This document shows, piece by piece, positions 1-10,289 of a stretch of 62,520 bases of DNA. The stretch is from Kiritimatiellia bacterium (lineage in GTDB: Bacteria; Verrucomicrobiota; Kiritimatiellia; RFP12; UBA3636). Numbering within the stretch: position 1 is the stretch's first letter; every line of letters begins with the position of its first letter. The translations under genes were made by a program, and so were the position numbers. The DNA lies in contig JAEDLN010000002.1 of the NCBI GenBank assembly GCA_016295275.1, positions 1 to 62,520 of the forward strand. The letters run 5' to 3'. Under the pieces are notes generated by a model. That model saw nothing but the letters and a program-made list of their open reading frames with translations. It was not told the origin of the DNA and ran no database searches.

Positions 1-171
1 GGTTGCAAATACTTGAAAAGCATCACAATTCCAGATAGCGTTACGAGCATCGGCACGGAAGCTTTCTCTTGGTGCCAATCCTTGAAAAGCGTGAGAGTCG
101 AGAATCCTTCGCTGGACCTTGACGACACCTGTATTCCCGATAATGCCGAAGTTACGGTCGTAGGAAAGTAA
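1..171 (+). CDS. BspA-type leucine-rich-repeat protein, C-terminal fragment (5' end lies outside the window)
   Basis: Frame 1 is open from base 1 to TAA at 169-171 (absent from the ORF track because it has no start). Translation GCKYLKSITIPDSVTSIGTEAFSWCQSLKSVRVENPSLDLDDTCIPDNAEVTVVGK shows the C-x-x-L-x-S-I-x-I-P-x-S-V-x-S-I-G-x-x-A-F unit of BspA-like LRR proteins. Confidence 0.6.
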   Translation, partial: GCKYLKSITIPDSVTSIGTEAFSWCQSLKSVRVENPSLDLDDTCIPDNAEVTVVGK

Positions 172-653
172 AGTCCCCATCCTCCCGTACCAAAGAAAGG
201 CCGCCCCGATTTTGCGAGACGGCTTTTCATTTGATGGACAAAGACCTGGTTCAGCCGGAGAAGCCCAGTTCCTTCTCCTCCTTCGCCAGCTTCTCCTTCG
301 GTTTCGCTACGCCGACGAGGCGCTTGAGTTTTCCGAGGATGCCGGTCGCCCGGTCCATCAGGTCAGCCTAATGCCGTCTCTGCAAAATCGGCGGTTTCCC
401 AAAGAATCGATTTCTCGAAAATCCTCTCAGGCATTGCGTTTTGCGTGAAGGTTGGCAGTGGAGGTAGGCTACCTTCATTTCAGAGACAGAGACGCCTTTT
501 CGGGGGGAAAAAGGGGGCGAAAAGGGCGGGTGAAGGTATAGAGACGTTTTTCGACGGGAGGGGGTATAAACGCAAAAGCCCGCCAGTGGCGGGCATGTGT
601 CACCTCCGCATTGTTTCGCAAATCGCCTAAGGGCGACTATCTATCGGAGTTGC

Positions 654-730
<77 letters not shown>

Positions 731-849
731 GAAAACGGGGTGAATGATAGCAGAGTTTGCTTGAGACTTCAACCTGAAAAATGGCGTTGTTCTTCCATGA
801 CACGATATCGTGCAAAGAGCCTTGTTTTTCAGGTAGGACAGAAACCGGG

Positions 850-2037
850 CTAGAGAAGTTGTCCCATTTTTGTTTTCTTCGTTTCCAGATAGCGGGCATC
901 GTATTGATTGGGTGCCGCAACAATCGGAACACGTTCGACGATTTCCAGACCGTATCCTTCCAGACCGGAAATCTTTTGCGGATTGTTGGTAAGAAGGCGG
1001 ATTTTAGAGAGACCCATATCCCGGAGAATAAGGGCTCCGATGCCGTAATCACGCAGGTCGGGAGCGAAACCGAGTTTTTCATTTGCTTCGACCGTATCAA
1101 GACCTTTTTCCTGCAGACGGTAGGCATGAAGCTTGTTTTGCAGACCGATGCCACGGCCCTCTTGGCGCATGTAGAGGACAAGTCCGCGTCCCTCTTCGGC
1201 GATCATTTGCATTGCGCGGTGCAGTTGTTCTCCGCAATCGCAGCGGCAAGAACCGAGCACATCACCGGTGAAGCATTCGGAATGGACGCGCACCAAGGGC
1301 GGCGTACCGCTCAAGTCTCCCATGTGGAGAACGAGATGTTCAAGGCCGTCTGTCAACGATTTGTACATGGTCAAGCGAAAATGGCCATGGTGGGTTGGCA
1401 TATCGACTTCCTCGACCTTTTGGACGAGCGATTCGGTTTTGGAGCGCTCTGCGATGATTTGCGCCACCGTTCCTAAGAGCAAGCCATGTTTTTCGGCGAA
1501 TTGTTCAATATCCGGCAAGCGCGCCATTGTTCCGTCGTCGCGCATGATTTCGCAGCAAAGACCGCAGGGTTTGAGTCCGGCGAGTTTCATAAGATCGACG
1601 GTAGCCTCGGTATGTCCGGCGCGGCGAAGAACGCCACCTTCGCGGGCCTCGAGCGGGAACATGTGCCCCGGGCGGCGAAAGTCATCCGGTTTGGCATTGT
1701 CGTCGACCGCCTTGAGAGCGGTGAGCGAGCGTTCGTAAGCGGAAATGCCGGTTGTGGTCGTCACATGATCGATAGAAACGGTAAAAGCGGTCTGCAGTTT
1801 TTCCGTATTTTGTTCAACCATTTGCGGAAGACCGAGTTTGACTGTCAGTTCGTGTGACATTGGCATGCAGATCAAGCCGCGGGCGTGACTGGCCATGAAG
1901 TTGACGTTTTCCAGTGTGGCGTGTTCGGCGGCGCAGATTACATCACCTTCATTTTCACGATCTTCGTCATCGACGATAACGACGCATTTTCCGGAGCGGA
2001 GGGCTTCCAATATCTTAGGGAGTGGAGCAAATGCCAT
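850..2037 (-). CDS. ribBA: bifunctional 3,4-dihydroxy-2-butanone-4-phosphate synthase / GTP cyclohydrolase II
   Basis: Track ORF is 850..2103. I prefer the in-frame ATG at 2037, because [32 protein letters not shown] is a normal RibB N-terminus. The N-half has DHBP-synthase motifs ([16 protein letters not shown]). The C-half has the GTP cyclohydrolase II zinc motif ([16 protein letters not shown]) and [10 protein letters not shown]. Confidence 0.93.
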   Translation of the reverse strand: MAFAPLPKILEALRSGKCVVIVDDEDRENEGDVICAAEHATLENVNFMASHARGLICMPMSHELTVKLGLPQMVEQNTEKLQTAFTVSIDHVTTTTGISAYERSLTALKAVDDNAKPDDFRRPGHMFPLEAREGGVLRRAGHTEATVDLMKLAGLKPCGLCCEIMRDDGTMARLPDIEQFAEKHGLLLGTVAQIIAERSKTESLVQKVEEVDMPTHHGHFRLTMYKSLTDGLEHLVLHMGDLSGTPPLVRVHSECFTGDVLGSCRCDCGEQLHRAMQMIAEEGRGLVLYMRQEGRGIGLQNKLHAYRLQEKGLDTVEANEKLGFAPDLRDYGIGALILRDMGLSKIRLLTNNPQKISGLEGYGLEIVERVPIVAAPNQYDARYLETKKTKMGQLL

Positions 2038-2108
2038 AGCGAAAGAGAAATAAAAAAAAGAAAAGAGTGAATCAAGCGATGGGGAATGGCGCAGAAATGC
2101 CATTCTGA

Positions 2109-3083
2109 CTACATGACCTTGAATTTCGGGAGATCCTGAATATCAATTGCGCCCACCAATTTACCATTGGCATCCACGACCGGTACATCATCGATGGCAC
2201 GGGTTTCGATCAAACGGAGCACATCGACGGCAAGCGAATCGGGGCGTACATTCACCGGTTTGCGCGTCATGAAATCGGACACCTTCCGGTTGAGAACGTC
2301 TGCCGTATTTGCGGCGATTGCGCGGCGGAAATCTCCGTCCGTAAAAATTCCGAGCAACATCTCATTTGCATCCGTAATAAAAGCGGCGCCGCCACGGGCA
2401 GATGTCATTGCCACAACGGCTTCGCTGACGAGGGTATTTTCCGATACAACGGCCAATTTCGCGCCGGTGCGCATGATATCGGAAGCATGCAGCAAGAGTG
2501 TGCGCCCAATCGCACCACCGGGGTGCAGTTTGGCAAAATCTTCGCGCCGGAATCCGGACGTCCGCAAGAGCGTCATGGCCAACGCATCGCCGAGAGCCAG
2601 TGTTGCGGTCGTCGATGCGGTCGGGGCGATTCCGAAGGGGCACGCTTCCCGAGGGACGGCGCAGGGAAGGAGGCATTGCGAAAGACGGGCAAGCGTAGAA
2701 TCGGATCGACCCGTGATTGCCAAAATCGGAACACCGAGCCGACGAACGGCGGGAATGAGATTTTTGATTTCCTCCGATTCGCCTGAATAGCTCAGTGCAA
2801 TCAGACAGTCGCGATCCGACAGTATGCCGAGGTCGCCATGGATGGCTTGCGACGGATTCAAAACAACGGAAGTCGATCCGGTGGACGCGAGCGTTGCGGA
2901 CAGTTTTTCGGCGATATGAAGGTTTTTGCCTACTCCGGTAACGACAATTTTTCCTCCTTTGCGAAGTGTTTCGCGCAAAAGGTCGATTGCCTGTTCGAAA
3001 TGGTCATCGAGACCCTCACAGACAGCCTGCAGACCTTCCATTTCAGTCGCAAAGACTTGTTTAGCAATATCAAGTGAATTCAT
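2109..3083 (-). CDS. kdsD: arabinose-5-phosphate isomerase (KpsF/GutQ family; SIS + 2 CBS domains)
   Basis: 324 aa. SIS domain motifs [17 protein letters not shown] and [10 protein letters not shown] are followed by a tandem CBS pair at the C-terminus. ATG at 3083. Confidence 0.9.
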   Translation of the reverse strand: MNSLDIAKQVFATEMEGLQAVCEGLDDHFEQAIDLLRETLRKGGKIVVTGVGKNLHIAEKLSATLASTGSTSVVLNPSQAIHGDLGILSDRDCLIALSYSGESEEIKNLIPAVRRLGVPILAITGRSDSTLARLSQCLLPCAVPREACPFGIAPTASTTATLALGDALAMTLLRTSGFRREDFAKLHPGGAIGRTLLLHASDIMRTGAKLAVVSENTLVSEAVVAMTSARGGAAFITDANEMLLGIFTDGDFRRAIAANTADVLNRKVSDFMTRKPVNVRPDSLAVDVLRLIETRAIDDVPVVDANGKLVGAIDIQDLPKFKVM

Positions 3084-3218
3084 ATGGTCAAGCGTACCAA
3101 AAAGCCTCTGCTTTCGCCAGCCGATGCAACCGCGCTGCGGATACCCCTTTTCCGATTGGGAAATGGTTTAGCGACGGAATCGGTGTAGCGGTGAAAAGGG
3201 CGTTCAAAGAGAAGGATG

Positions 3219-3680
3219 TCAGATGATTGCCTCCTCCGAGAGGACCTTGGAGATTTCCTTGCGGAGTTTCTCGGCGTAGGCATCGCGTTCTTCGTTTGAA
3301 GAGTAGGCACCGTGGCCGGACTCGAACGAAGGAGGCGTAGAGCCGTCGTCGTAGCGCGGAATGACATGGAAGTGGAGATGGAACACAGTCTGCCCTGCGC
3401 ATTTTCCGGTAGCCTGCAAAAGGTTGGCGCCATTGGCGAAAGTGCGGGTGACGGCCTTGCTGACAACGTGGGACATGTACGTCAGCTCTTCCAAGACGGC
3501 GACATCTGCAGAATCGGCGACGGGAACGGCGGCGAGGGATTCCCAGTGTTTTTTGGGAATGAGCAGCACATGTCCTTTTTCAATAGGATTGATATCGAGA
3601 AACGCGAGAATATGATCGTCCTCGTAAACCTTGACGGACGGAATTTCGTTGGCGATGATTTTGCAAAAGACGCAATCCAT
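3219..3680 (-). CDS. HIT-family nucleotide hydrolase/transferase
   Basis: 153 aa. N-terminal CVFCKI and the histidine-triad motif HLHFHVIPR. Confidence 0.9.
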   Translation of the reverse strand: MDCVFCKIIANEIPSVKVYEDDHILAFLDINPIEKGHVLLIPKKHWESLAAVPVADSADVAVLEELTYMSHVVSKAVTRTFANGANLLQATGKCAGQTVFHLHFHVIPRYDDGSTPPSFESGHGAYSSNEERDAYAEKLRKEISKVLSEEAII

Positions 3681-3722
3681 TGCTTGGTAGAGGTAAAAGC
3701 GGTGAATGAAAGAGAAAGCGGG

Positions 3723-4223
3723 CTATTCGGCTACGGGAGTGTTCAAGAAGACGGAAACGAACGTATAGACGGCCGCAAAAAAGATTCCCCAGAACATACC
3801 GGCGAAGACCTGGATTTTCGTATGCCCCAGGAGTTCTTTCAGCATCGACTGCGGAACCTGCGGTTTTCCCGTGTCATTCAATTGTGCGGTTATCTGATTC
3901 AGGACAGCAGCCTGACGACCGGCCTGATAGCGCACGGTGGAAGCATCGAACATGGTGATAATCGCAAAAACACAAGAAAGAGCGAACAGGGCGGAATCGA
4001 ATCCCTGCAGCATTCCCGTCGAGGTTGCCAATCCGGCGACCGTTGCGGAATGGGCGCTTGGCATGCCGCCTGTGGAACCCAAGTACCGAAAATCGATTTT
4101 GCGGGTTTTTCGAAAGGAGATCACCATCTTGATGCATTGGGCAGAGCACCAGGACCAGAATGCGGCCCAAAAAATCGTATTTGTCGTGAATCCGAGCGGG
4201 GAATGAAGCTGACTGGCATCCAT
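3723..4223 (-). CDS. divergent PAP2 / DUF212 (YuiD-like acid-phosphatase/vanadium-haloperoxidase-related) membrane protein
   Basis: GGMPSAHSA motif within several hydrophobic helices. The track start 4262 is a TTG that overlaps the upstream stop. The first ATG is 4223 (MDASQLH...) and gives an N-terminal length closer to what I recall for the family. Confidence 0.75.
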   Translation of the reverse strand: MDASQLHSPLGFTTNTIFWAAFWSWCSAQCIKMVISFRKTRKIDFRYLGSTGGMPSAHSATVAGLATSTGMLQGFDSALFALSCVFAIITMFDASTVRYQAGRQAAVLNQITAQLNDTGKPQVPQSMLKELLGHTKIQVFAGMFWGIFFAAVYTFVSVFLNTPVAE

Positions 4224-4258
4224 AGTCGTTGAAAAGATAGGGAAAAGAAAAGAGGGAA

Positions 4259-5749
4259 TCAATATGCGTTTTTAACGGCAAAAAGCGTACGCAGAAGAAT
4301 TTTGAAATCGAGCGAAAGCGACCAATTTTCCATGTACCACAAATCGGCGTGGAGGCGGTCGGAAATCGAAGTGTTGCCGCGCAATCCATGGACTTGCGCC
4401 CATCCGGTAATACCCGGAAGGCAATTGTGGCGTCGCATATAGTGATTGATATCTGCGGAGAATTGACAGACGAATTCAGGGCGTTCCGGGCGCGGACCGA
4501 CGAGCGACATATCGCCTTTCAAGACGTTCCAGAATTGCGGAAGTTCGTCCAGGTTGTGTTCGCGCATAAAGGCCCCGATTTTGGTCCTACGGGGGTCGTT
4601 TTCGGCGGCAAAAACAGCACCTGAATCGGACTCTGCATTTTGCCGCATTGAGCGGAGTTTCCAGATTGTAAAAGGCTTGTTGCCGTAGCCAGTGCGGACT
4701 TGTCCGTAGAAGATGGGACCGGGCGACTCCCGGCGAATCAAGATTGCGAGGACGAGCAAGATGGGAGCCGAAACCAGTAAACCGATCAGCGCGCCGCAGA
4801 TGTCTTCGATGCGTTTGACGATCCGGTTGCCGAGTTTATCCAACGGGGAAATACGAAGTCCGAGCAATGGTATGTCGTCGATTGTTTCCACCTCGACATT
4901 TGCCGTCAGGATATGAAACAACGTCGGGACGGCATTGAAGCGGATGAAATGCTGTTCGCATTCCGTGGCGATCTGGTAGAGCAGCTGAGAGTCATCCGGC
5001 GTATTGGTCACGATGACTTGAACGACATTCGGGGTGTTTTCCCGGATTTTGGAGAAATCTTTGGCATCGCCGAGAATGGAATCGGGAGAAATCGTTTCGT
5101 CCGGCTTTTCGTTTGGGGTTGAACGAAGGAATCCGGAAACACGGACACGCAGACGCGAGTCTTTCGCGAAGCAGCGAGCAAGACGGGCCGCGGTTGCATC
5201 GGTTCCGATCATCAGAACGCAATTCTCGGGAAGCGCCTTTCGGGATGCGATGATTTCGAGCCGGAAGAGGATTCCCCGTTCAAGAAGCAGCGTTACGGAA
5301 AAAACGAAGAAATAGATGACGACAACGCCGGAGGAGAGGTTCGTATAGTTGCGCCATACGGAAAGGATGATCAGAAGGCCGAACGTAACCAACATGACGC
5401 CGCGAACGAGGCGGGGGATATGACCATGAAAACTGCCGCGTTGCGGGCGTCGGTAGAGGCGCAAACTACGGAGAATGCCATAGGTCAGGAGCGCGGCGAT
5501 GGATGCCAGTTTCCAGTACCCGTCGTACGGGGATTCGGGAACTCCGAACGGGATTTCGAACCATCCGGTCCGGAATCGGATATAGACTGCCAGATAGATG
5601 GAGCAAAAAGCCGTCGCCACGTCCGCCAAGACTGCGATAACGGCAAACCATGTATCGGCAATAAATCTGGACATAGCAATGCGTTCGGAATAGGGACCTT
5701 CGATCAGGGGAAAAAAGGAACGGTGAATCCTCCGCAGAAGAGAATTCAC
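4259..5749 (-). CDS. polyprenyl-phosphate hexose-1-phosphate transferase (WbaP/WcaJ-like bacterial sugar transferase)
   Basis: N-terminal TM helices and a C-terminal sugar-transferase domain: [26 protein letters not shown] ... [24 protein letters not shown]. Track start 5749 is GTG; an ATG alternative is at 5674 (MSRFIADTW). Confidence 0.88.
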   Translation of the reverse strand: MNSLLRRIHRSFFPLIEGPYSERIAMSRFIADTWFAVIAVLADVATAFCSIYLAVYIRFRTGWFEIPFGVPESPYDGYWKLASIAALLTYGILRSLRLYRRPQRGSFHGHIPRLVRGVMLVTFGLLIILSVWRNYTNLSSGVVVIYFFVFSVTLLLERGILFRLEIIASRKALPENCVLMIGTDATAARLARCFAKDSRLRVRVSGFLRSTPNEKPDETISPDSILGDAKDFSKIRENTPNVVQVIVTNTPDDSQLLYQIATECEQHFIRFNAVPTLFHILTANVEVETIDDIPLLGLRISPLDKLGNRIVKRIEDICGALIGLLVSAPILLVLAILIRRESPGPIFYGQVRTGYGNKPFTIWKLRSMRQNAESDSGAVFAAENDPRRTKIGAFMREHNLDELPQFWNVLKGDMSLVGPRPERPEFVCQFSADINHYMRRHNCLPGITGWAQVHGLRGNTSISDRLHADLWYMENWSLSLDFKILLRTLFAVKNAY

Positions 5750-5772
5750 CGCAATCCAGGGGGCAAAGCCGC

Positions 5773-6654
5773 TTATTTTGCCGACTCGACTTCGGAAGTG
5801 GGAGCGGCAACGGGCGCCGGAGCGGTGTTCTCTGCCGTGGCGGCAACGATTTCGGCGGAGGCGTTTTCACCGGCTGTTGTTTCAGGTGTCGTCGTATCGG
5901 CGGCATTTACGGCAGCGGCATCTTCGGTCGCCTCCGTTTGAGCGTCACGAAGGATTTTTTCAATATCCGTGAGTTGTTCTTTCGGCGTAACGACCTTGAG
6001 GCGATCCTTTGCGCGAAGCGTTTCGTCGGCGAATTCCGCCCAATCCGAACGGGCATTTTCCGTAAGGAAGAGATCCAGAATGGATTTTCCTTCTCGTTTC
6101 GAATCTTCGGTTCCTTTCAGGAAAAGGCAACGAGCTCTACCGATGATGGCATCGGCAAGAAGAAAGGATTGCGGATAATCGGAGGACAGACGGCTATATC
6201 CGGCGATTGCCTCATCGATTTTCCCCTGTGCTTCCATGCAGTGGGCGAGACCATCGAGGGCGACATCCATCATGGGATGTTTGACATGGGTATTTAGGAA
6301 ATCCTGATAGACATCGGCGGCCAAACCGATTTTGCCATCGAAGTAATAGAGCGAGGCGAGTCTGAGGCGTGCCATTGCCACAACGTCATCGGACTTGTTC
6401 TCCTGAATAATCGTTTCGAATCCGGCGGCATCGGAGGAAACCAAGTACGCGGTCGAAATTTTTTCGATCCGGTTTGCTCGCATGGTTTTAAACTGGCGAA
6501 TCCCCAAGACGCAAAGGAGAATAACAATCAGCACAATGGTAACAATGTTGCCATTTGCATTCCACCATTCCTTCAAGCTTTCGAGTTCTTCCGGAACATC
6601 TTGGGCATGTTGAAGATTCTGTAAATCCTTTTTGGGGGGCATAGTAGAGGCCAT
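5773..6654 (-). CDS. single-pass membrane protein with TPR-like helical repeats (YfgM-like) and Ala/Thr/Glu-rich tail
   Basis: Track ORF 5773..6954 is trimmed to ATG 6654, because the upstream 100 codons run antisense through the tmRNA gene. One TM helix (IVTIVLIVILLCVLGI) is followed by TPR-like repeats (ARLRLASLYYFDGK..., AHCMEAQGKIDEAIAGY) and a low-complexity C-terminus. Confidence 0.6.
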   Translation of the reverse strand: MASTMPPKKDLQNLQHAQDVPEELESLKEWWNANGNIVTIVLIVILLCVLGIRQFKTMRANRIEKISTAYLVSSDAAGFETIIQENKSDDVVAMARLRLASLYYFDGKIGLAADVYQDFLNTHVKHPMMDVALDGLAHCMEAQGKIDEAIAGYSRLSSDYPQSFLLADAIIGRARCLFLKGTEDSKREGKSILDLFLTENARSDWAEFADETLRAKDRLKVVTPKEQLTDIEKILRDAQTEATEDAAAVNAADTTTPETTAGENASAEIVAATAENTAPAPVAAPTSEVESAK

Positions 6655-6819
6655 ATCGATAAAGGGAGTGCAAGTTATCGTAACAAACGCAATCCAAATA
6701 AATGGAAACGGTTTCAATTGTCGCAAAAACCGGTGAAAAAGGCAAGCCGATGATGCCGGGTGTCGTCTCGCGAAAGTTGCAGCGTAGTTTTCCGACCGTA
6801 GGGTGTTGATGATTTTTGC

Positions 6820-6847
6820 TTGAATCCAGAGTTGTTTTTGGTATACT
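6820..6847 (+). promoter_or_regulatory. sigma-70-like promoter for ssrA
   Basis: TTGAAT (6820-6825), 16-nt spacer, TATACT (6842-6847), about 35 nt upstream of the mature tmRNA 5' end. Confidence 0.5.
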
Positions 6848-6882
6848 TCCCGAATCACACGAATGATTTCTCTTTCATTTGT

Positions 6883-7250
6883 GGGGGCGACAGGTTTTCG
6901 ACGTGACGGTTGAGGCCTCAGTTGCGTGCCGAGAATCGAGGGTGGTCTCGTCAAACATCCCCCGAAACATTAAACGCCAACACTGAAATGGCTCTGGCTG
7001 CTTAGTTCTCACATAGAACGCTTTACAGCAACCACGCAGAACCGCCGATGTCTGCTGAGCGGGGATGCGTCCTTTAGCAGGCCGGCATATGATCGGGTAC
7101 CCGGGTCGTATGCGGCATCAACAGGTTACTGGCTTTTTTTGTAGTTTGTCTCTGGACAGCAAGAAAAGCGAGACGTAAACAGAGACTACGCACGTAGATA
7201 CTGTGGTGGCTCCGTTTCGGACGGGGGTTCGAATCCCCCCGCCTCCACCA
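6883..7250 (+). ncRNA. ssrA: tmRNA (transfer-messenger RNA)
   Basis: The 5' end GGGGGCGACAGGTTTTCGACG pairs with the 3' end ...CGCCTCCACCA. T-arm is GGGGGTTCGAATCCCCC. The internal tag reading frame GCC AAC ACT GAA ATG GCT CTG GCT GCT TAG (6976-7005) gives ANTEMALAA-stop, the classic ...ALAA degradation tag. Confidence 0.92.
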
Positions 7251-7726
7251 TCTTTTTCGGTTTTGAAATATCTCAAACGGCGATATTTTTCGGCTTGCGC
7301 ATTACCTCCTCTACGGGGATGTGCCGGGAAAGACGCCGTCCGCGTAGATTCGCTCCATGAAGAAGCCGTTCCCAAGAATCCCGATCGAAAAGATTTCGCG
7401 GAGGATCTCGTTCGCGTGTGCAAAGAATCGGCGATGACGGATCCGAATGCCATGGGGCATGAGAAGCGAAGGCTCACCCACAAAATAACGGAACTGAAGA
7501 AAAGCGAACGATAGACTCGCTTATTTTGGGAACCATTGAGACACCAAGGGTTGAGGGCGGACGCGCTCGTCTTGGAGATTGCGGACATTTACAAATAGCG
7601 TTTGACTTTACGGGCGGTCAAGCTCCGTGTCTTTCGCCGAGCGTACGGCAGCGTATTGTCAAAGACGGGATGTAGAGAAAGAACGAACAGCTCGCATCCC
7701 ATTGGAGGATAGGGGAAGATGGGGAT

Positions 7727-7760
7727 AAAAAAATCGTGGCTTGTCTAGACAAACCACGAT
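7727..7760 (-). terminator. rho-independent terminator downstream of the ferredoxin gene
   Basis: Minus strand reads ATCGTGGTTTGTCTAGACAAGCCACGAT (11-13 bp stem, one G-U) followed directly by TTTTTTT. Confidence 0.65.
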
Positions 7761-7823
7761 ATACAAGCAAAAGTCGCTCCCCGAAGAAGCGGGCAAGTTT
7801 TGCTTTTTGAGGGGAGATACCCC

Positions 7824-7994
7824 TTATGCCGTGATAGCACCGGTGGGGCAAGCGGACTCGCAAGCGCCGCAATCGACACAAGCGGATTCGTTGACCTTGC
7901 ACTTGTCGCCATCCTGAGTGATGGCTTCGACCGGACAAGAAGACATGCAAGCGCCGCAACCGACGCAGACAGCTTCATTAATCTTATGGGGCAT
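7824..7994 (-). CDS. 2x[4Fe-4S] clostridial-type ferredoxin (56 aa)
   Basis: Hand-translated; it is below the 60-aa cutoff of the ORF track. Sequence MPHKINEAVCVGCGACMSSCPVEAITQDGDKCKVNESACVDCGACESACPTGAITA-stop has two CxxCxxCxxxCP motifs. ATG at 7994, TAA at 7826-7824. Confidence 0.85.
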   Translation of the reverse strand: MPHKINEAVCVGCGACMSSCPVEAITQDGDKCKVNESACVDCGACESACPTGAITA

Positions 7995-8376
7995 TTTGAA
8001 CTCCTTTTATGTATGGATGAAAAAAGAAACGCGAGCCCGGGCTCTTCACCCTCCTCGTATGCAAGAAGTATAGCGGCTTCCGCCATAAAACTCAAGTCGC
8101 ATTTGCATGCGTTAACGAAGCAAAGGAAATGCCGCGTTGCCGGAGTGTGACGGTCCCCTTTTTTTCCGGACAAAGCAAATGTCACCTGCGCAAAGGTCGC
8201 CTACGATCGAGCCGGCGGCGGCGTTTCCTTTGTCGTGTTACCGCTTTCGTCCATGTTCCTGTTTCTTCAGAGTGCGGAGCGAACCCGACGTTTGAATCCG
8301 CACGCCTCTTTTCCGTTTCGGATGGGCATAGGAATGCGTGTCCGGGTGGAGTATTTTGCAGAATCGAATCAGACTC

Positions 8377-9090
8377 TTATGGTTCGGATTCGTCGACGGC
8401 GCGTTTGCGTTCTTCGCGAGGGCAACCGGCTATGACGATGACATACTCTCCCTTGATATCCGGAGAAGGGTACTTTTGGGAAAGATCGGCGAGTGTTCCG
8501 CGATCGACTCGTTCGTGGAGTTTCGTAAGTTCTGCGCAGACGGCTGCGGGGCGAGTTCCTCCGAGCGCCTCGGCGGCAGCGGCGAGTGTCTTGCAAACGC
8601 GATAGGGCGATTCGTAGAGCACCAGCGTGTGCGGAGAGAGGCGTTCATCGGCAAAGAAGCGGTGAAGGGCACCGGGTTTGCGCGGAGGAAAGCCGAGAAA
8701 GGTCCAAGAGGAGGTCGGAAGACCGGAAAGAACGAGTGCGGACAAGACGGCGGATGCGCCAGGCAGGCACGTTACGGGGAGGTTCTCGCCGGCGATGGTA
8801 CGGACGAGGCGGAAACCGGGGTCGCTAATGCCGGGATAACCGGCATCGGAGCAAAGCGCAACATCGCGACCGGCGCGCAGTTCTTTGAGGATTTGTTCGC
8901 CGGCGAACTCTTCATTGCCTTCGCGATAGGAAATCATCCGTTCCGGGCGCGGAATTTCGAAGTGGGACAGAAGTTGCCACGTATGGCGAGTGTCTTCGCA
9001 GGCGATGACGGGTACGGAGCGAAGAACTTCCAGAGCACGGGGCGAGAGATCGCCTAAATTTCCGATGGGGGTTGCGACGAGATAGAGCAT
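8377..9090 (-). CDS. rsmI: 16S rRNA (cytidine1402-2'-O)-methyltransferase
   Basis: 237 aa. N-terminus LYLVATPIGNLGDLSPRALEVLRSVPVIACEDTRHT is diagnostic of RsmI (tetrapyrrole-methylase fold). Confidence 0.9.
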   Translation of the reverse strand: MLYLVATPIGNLGDLSPRALEVLRSVPVIACEDTRHTWQLLSHFEIPRPERMISYREGNEEFAGEQILKELRAGRDVALCSDAGYPGISDPGFRLVRTIAGENLPVTCLPGASAVLSALVLSGLPTSSWTFLGFPPRKPGALHRFFADERLSPHTLVLYESPYRVCKTLAAAAEALGGTRPAAVCAELTKLHERVDRGTLADLSQKYPSPDIKGEYVIVIAGCPREERKRAVDESEP

Positions 9091-9104
9091 GGGCAGGCAA
9101 GCGT

Positions 9105-10238
9105 TTAGACAATGTAGTTTCTGCGGACACGGGAACCGATGGCGCAGAGGATTTCATAGGGATGTGTTCCCTTGAGATTTGTCCATGAATCCATTTGAAT
9201 CGATTCGTTTAGCTGTTGTCCGAGACAGACGATTTCCTCGCCTGGTCGGGCATCCGGCACTTGATCGAGCGAGATGGTGGTGTAGTCCATGCAGATCCGA
9301 CCGATGACGGGGCAGTGTTTTCCGCGCAAAAGGAGCGTACCGCGGTTCGAGAGAGCGAGGGGGAGTCCATCGGCATAGCCGGCGGCGACGGTTCCGACCA
9401 GCAGATCGCGCGGACAGATGAAGGTTCGTCCGTAGCCGATGGAGTCGCCGGCCCGGACGTGTCGTACCTGAGCCAAATAAGCCCGAATGGTAAAGATCGG
9501 CTTTACGTGAAGACGCCGATTGCCGAGCGGGTCGAACGAACCGAAGAGGTTGATACCGGTACGGACATGTGTGAAAGGACGTGCGTAGGACTCCGGAACA
9601 TTGTTGATGCCATCGCTGTTGGCGATATGGATCATCGGGAAACGAAGACCCTTGCCCGAAAGAGAAGCGAGCAGTTTTTTGAATTCACCGACCTGCGTAG
9701 CGGTTGGGGCGTCATTGGGAATATTTGCCGTTGGAAAATGCGAGTAGATGCCTTCCGACACGAGATTGGGAAGGGAGGCGATTCGTGGCAGGAGGGCACC
9801 CGCCTCCTCGGGATGGAATCCGACGCGGCTCATGCCCGTATCGATCGCATAGTGGCAGATAGCGGGTTTACCGAGACGGACGGCCGTTGCAGAAACGGCT
9901 TCCGCCTCTGCCAATCCGGCAATTGGAATGCGGAATCCGGCGTTGATCGCGGGCTCGATTTCGTAGGGAAGGAGAGATCCGAGAATGAGAATGGGAATCG
10001 TTCCGCTTGTTGCCTGTTGCGCAACGATTGCCTCCGAAAGCTCAGCCGTTGCAATTGCCGCGGCGCCTTCCGAACCGAGGTGGGAAGCGATTTCGGGGAG
10101 ACCGAGACCGTATGCATTTGCTTTGAGAACGGCGATGACGCCGAGAGGGGGAACAGCCTCGCGGATTTTGCGAAAATTAGCGGATAACGTGGAGAGGTTA
10201 ACGTCGATTGTGACTCGACTGGGGATGATACCGGGCAT
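9105..10238 (-). CDS. alr: alanine racemase
   Basis: 377 aa. PLP-lysine motif AVLKANAYGLG and C-terminal DSIGYGRTF / CMDYTTI motifs. Confidence 0.92.
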   Translation of the reverse strand: MPGIIPSRVTIDVNLSTLSANFRKIREAVPPLGVIAVLKANAYGLGLPEIASHLGSEGAAAIATAELSEAIVAQQATSGTIPILILGSLLPYEIEPAINAGFRIPIAGLAEAEAVSATAVRLGKPAICHYAIDTGMSRVGFHPEEAGALLPRIASLPNLVSEGIYSHFPTANIPNDAPTATQVGEFKKLLASLSGKGLRFPMIHIANSDGINNVPESYARPFTHVRTGINLFGSFDPLGNRRLHVKPIFTIRAYLAQVRHVRAGDSIGYGRTFICPRDLLVGTVAAGYADGLPLALSNRGTLLLRGKHCPVIGRICMDYTTISLDQVPDARPGEEIVCLGQQLNESIQMDSWTNLKGTHPYEILCAIGSRVRRNYIV

Positions 10239-10289
10239 TTTCAGATAGGCAAAATCATTTTTTGCCGGCGGCGTGCCGGCGGGCGTCTG

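Noticed and set aside
251-358. 35-aa minus-strand ORF MDRATGILGKLKRLVGVAKPKEKLAKEEKELGFSG
   Set aside because: It has an ATG start and a nearby hairpin, but it is too short and motif-free to support. It could be a remnant C-terminus of a lost gene.
2038-2108. Possible FMN riboswitch upstream of ribBA
   Set aside because: Only 71 nt separate ribBA from the kdsD stop, too short for an FMN aptamer plus expression platform. No conserved FMN-element sequence was seen.
6655-6954. N-terminal 100 codons of the 393-aa track ORF 5773..6954
   Set aside because: This extension runs antisense through the tmRNA gene (6883-7250) and its promoter. The internal ATG at 6654 is followed by a sensible cytoplasmic tail plus TM helix.
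7251-7823. Integrated mobile element at the tmRNA 3' end
   Set aside because: No integrase, excisionase or repeat of the ssrA 3' end was visible within the window. At most it is a scar. It is mentioned in a finding but not called as a mobile element.
8150-8376. Arg/Lys-rich short frames between rsmI and the ferredoxin that superficially resemble a small ribosomal protein (…AHPKRKRGVRIQTSGSLRTLKKQEHGRKR)
   Set aside because: The frame has no ATG/GTG/TTG start in a sensible position, and the sequence does not follow the L32/L34 consensus beyond the PKRK motif.
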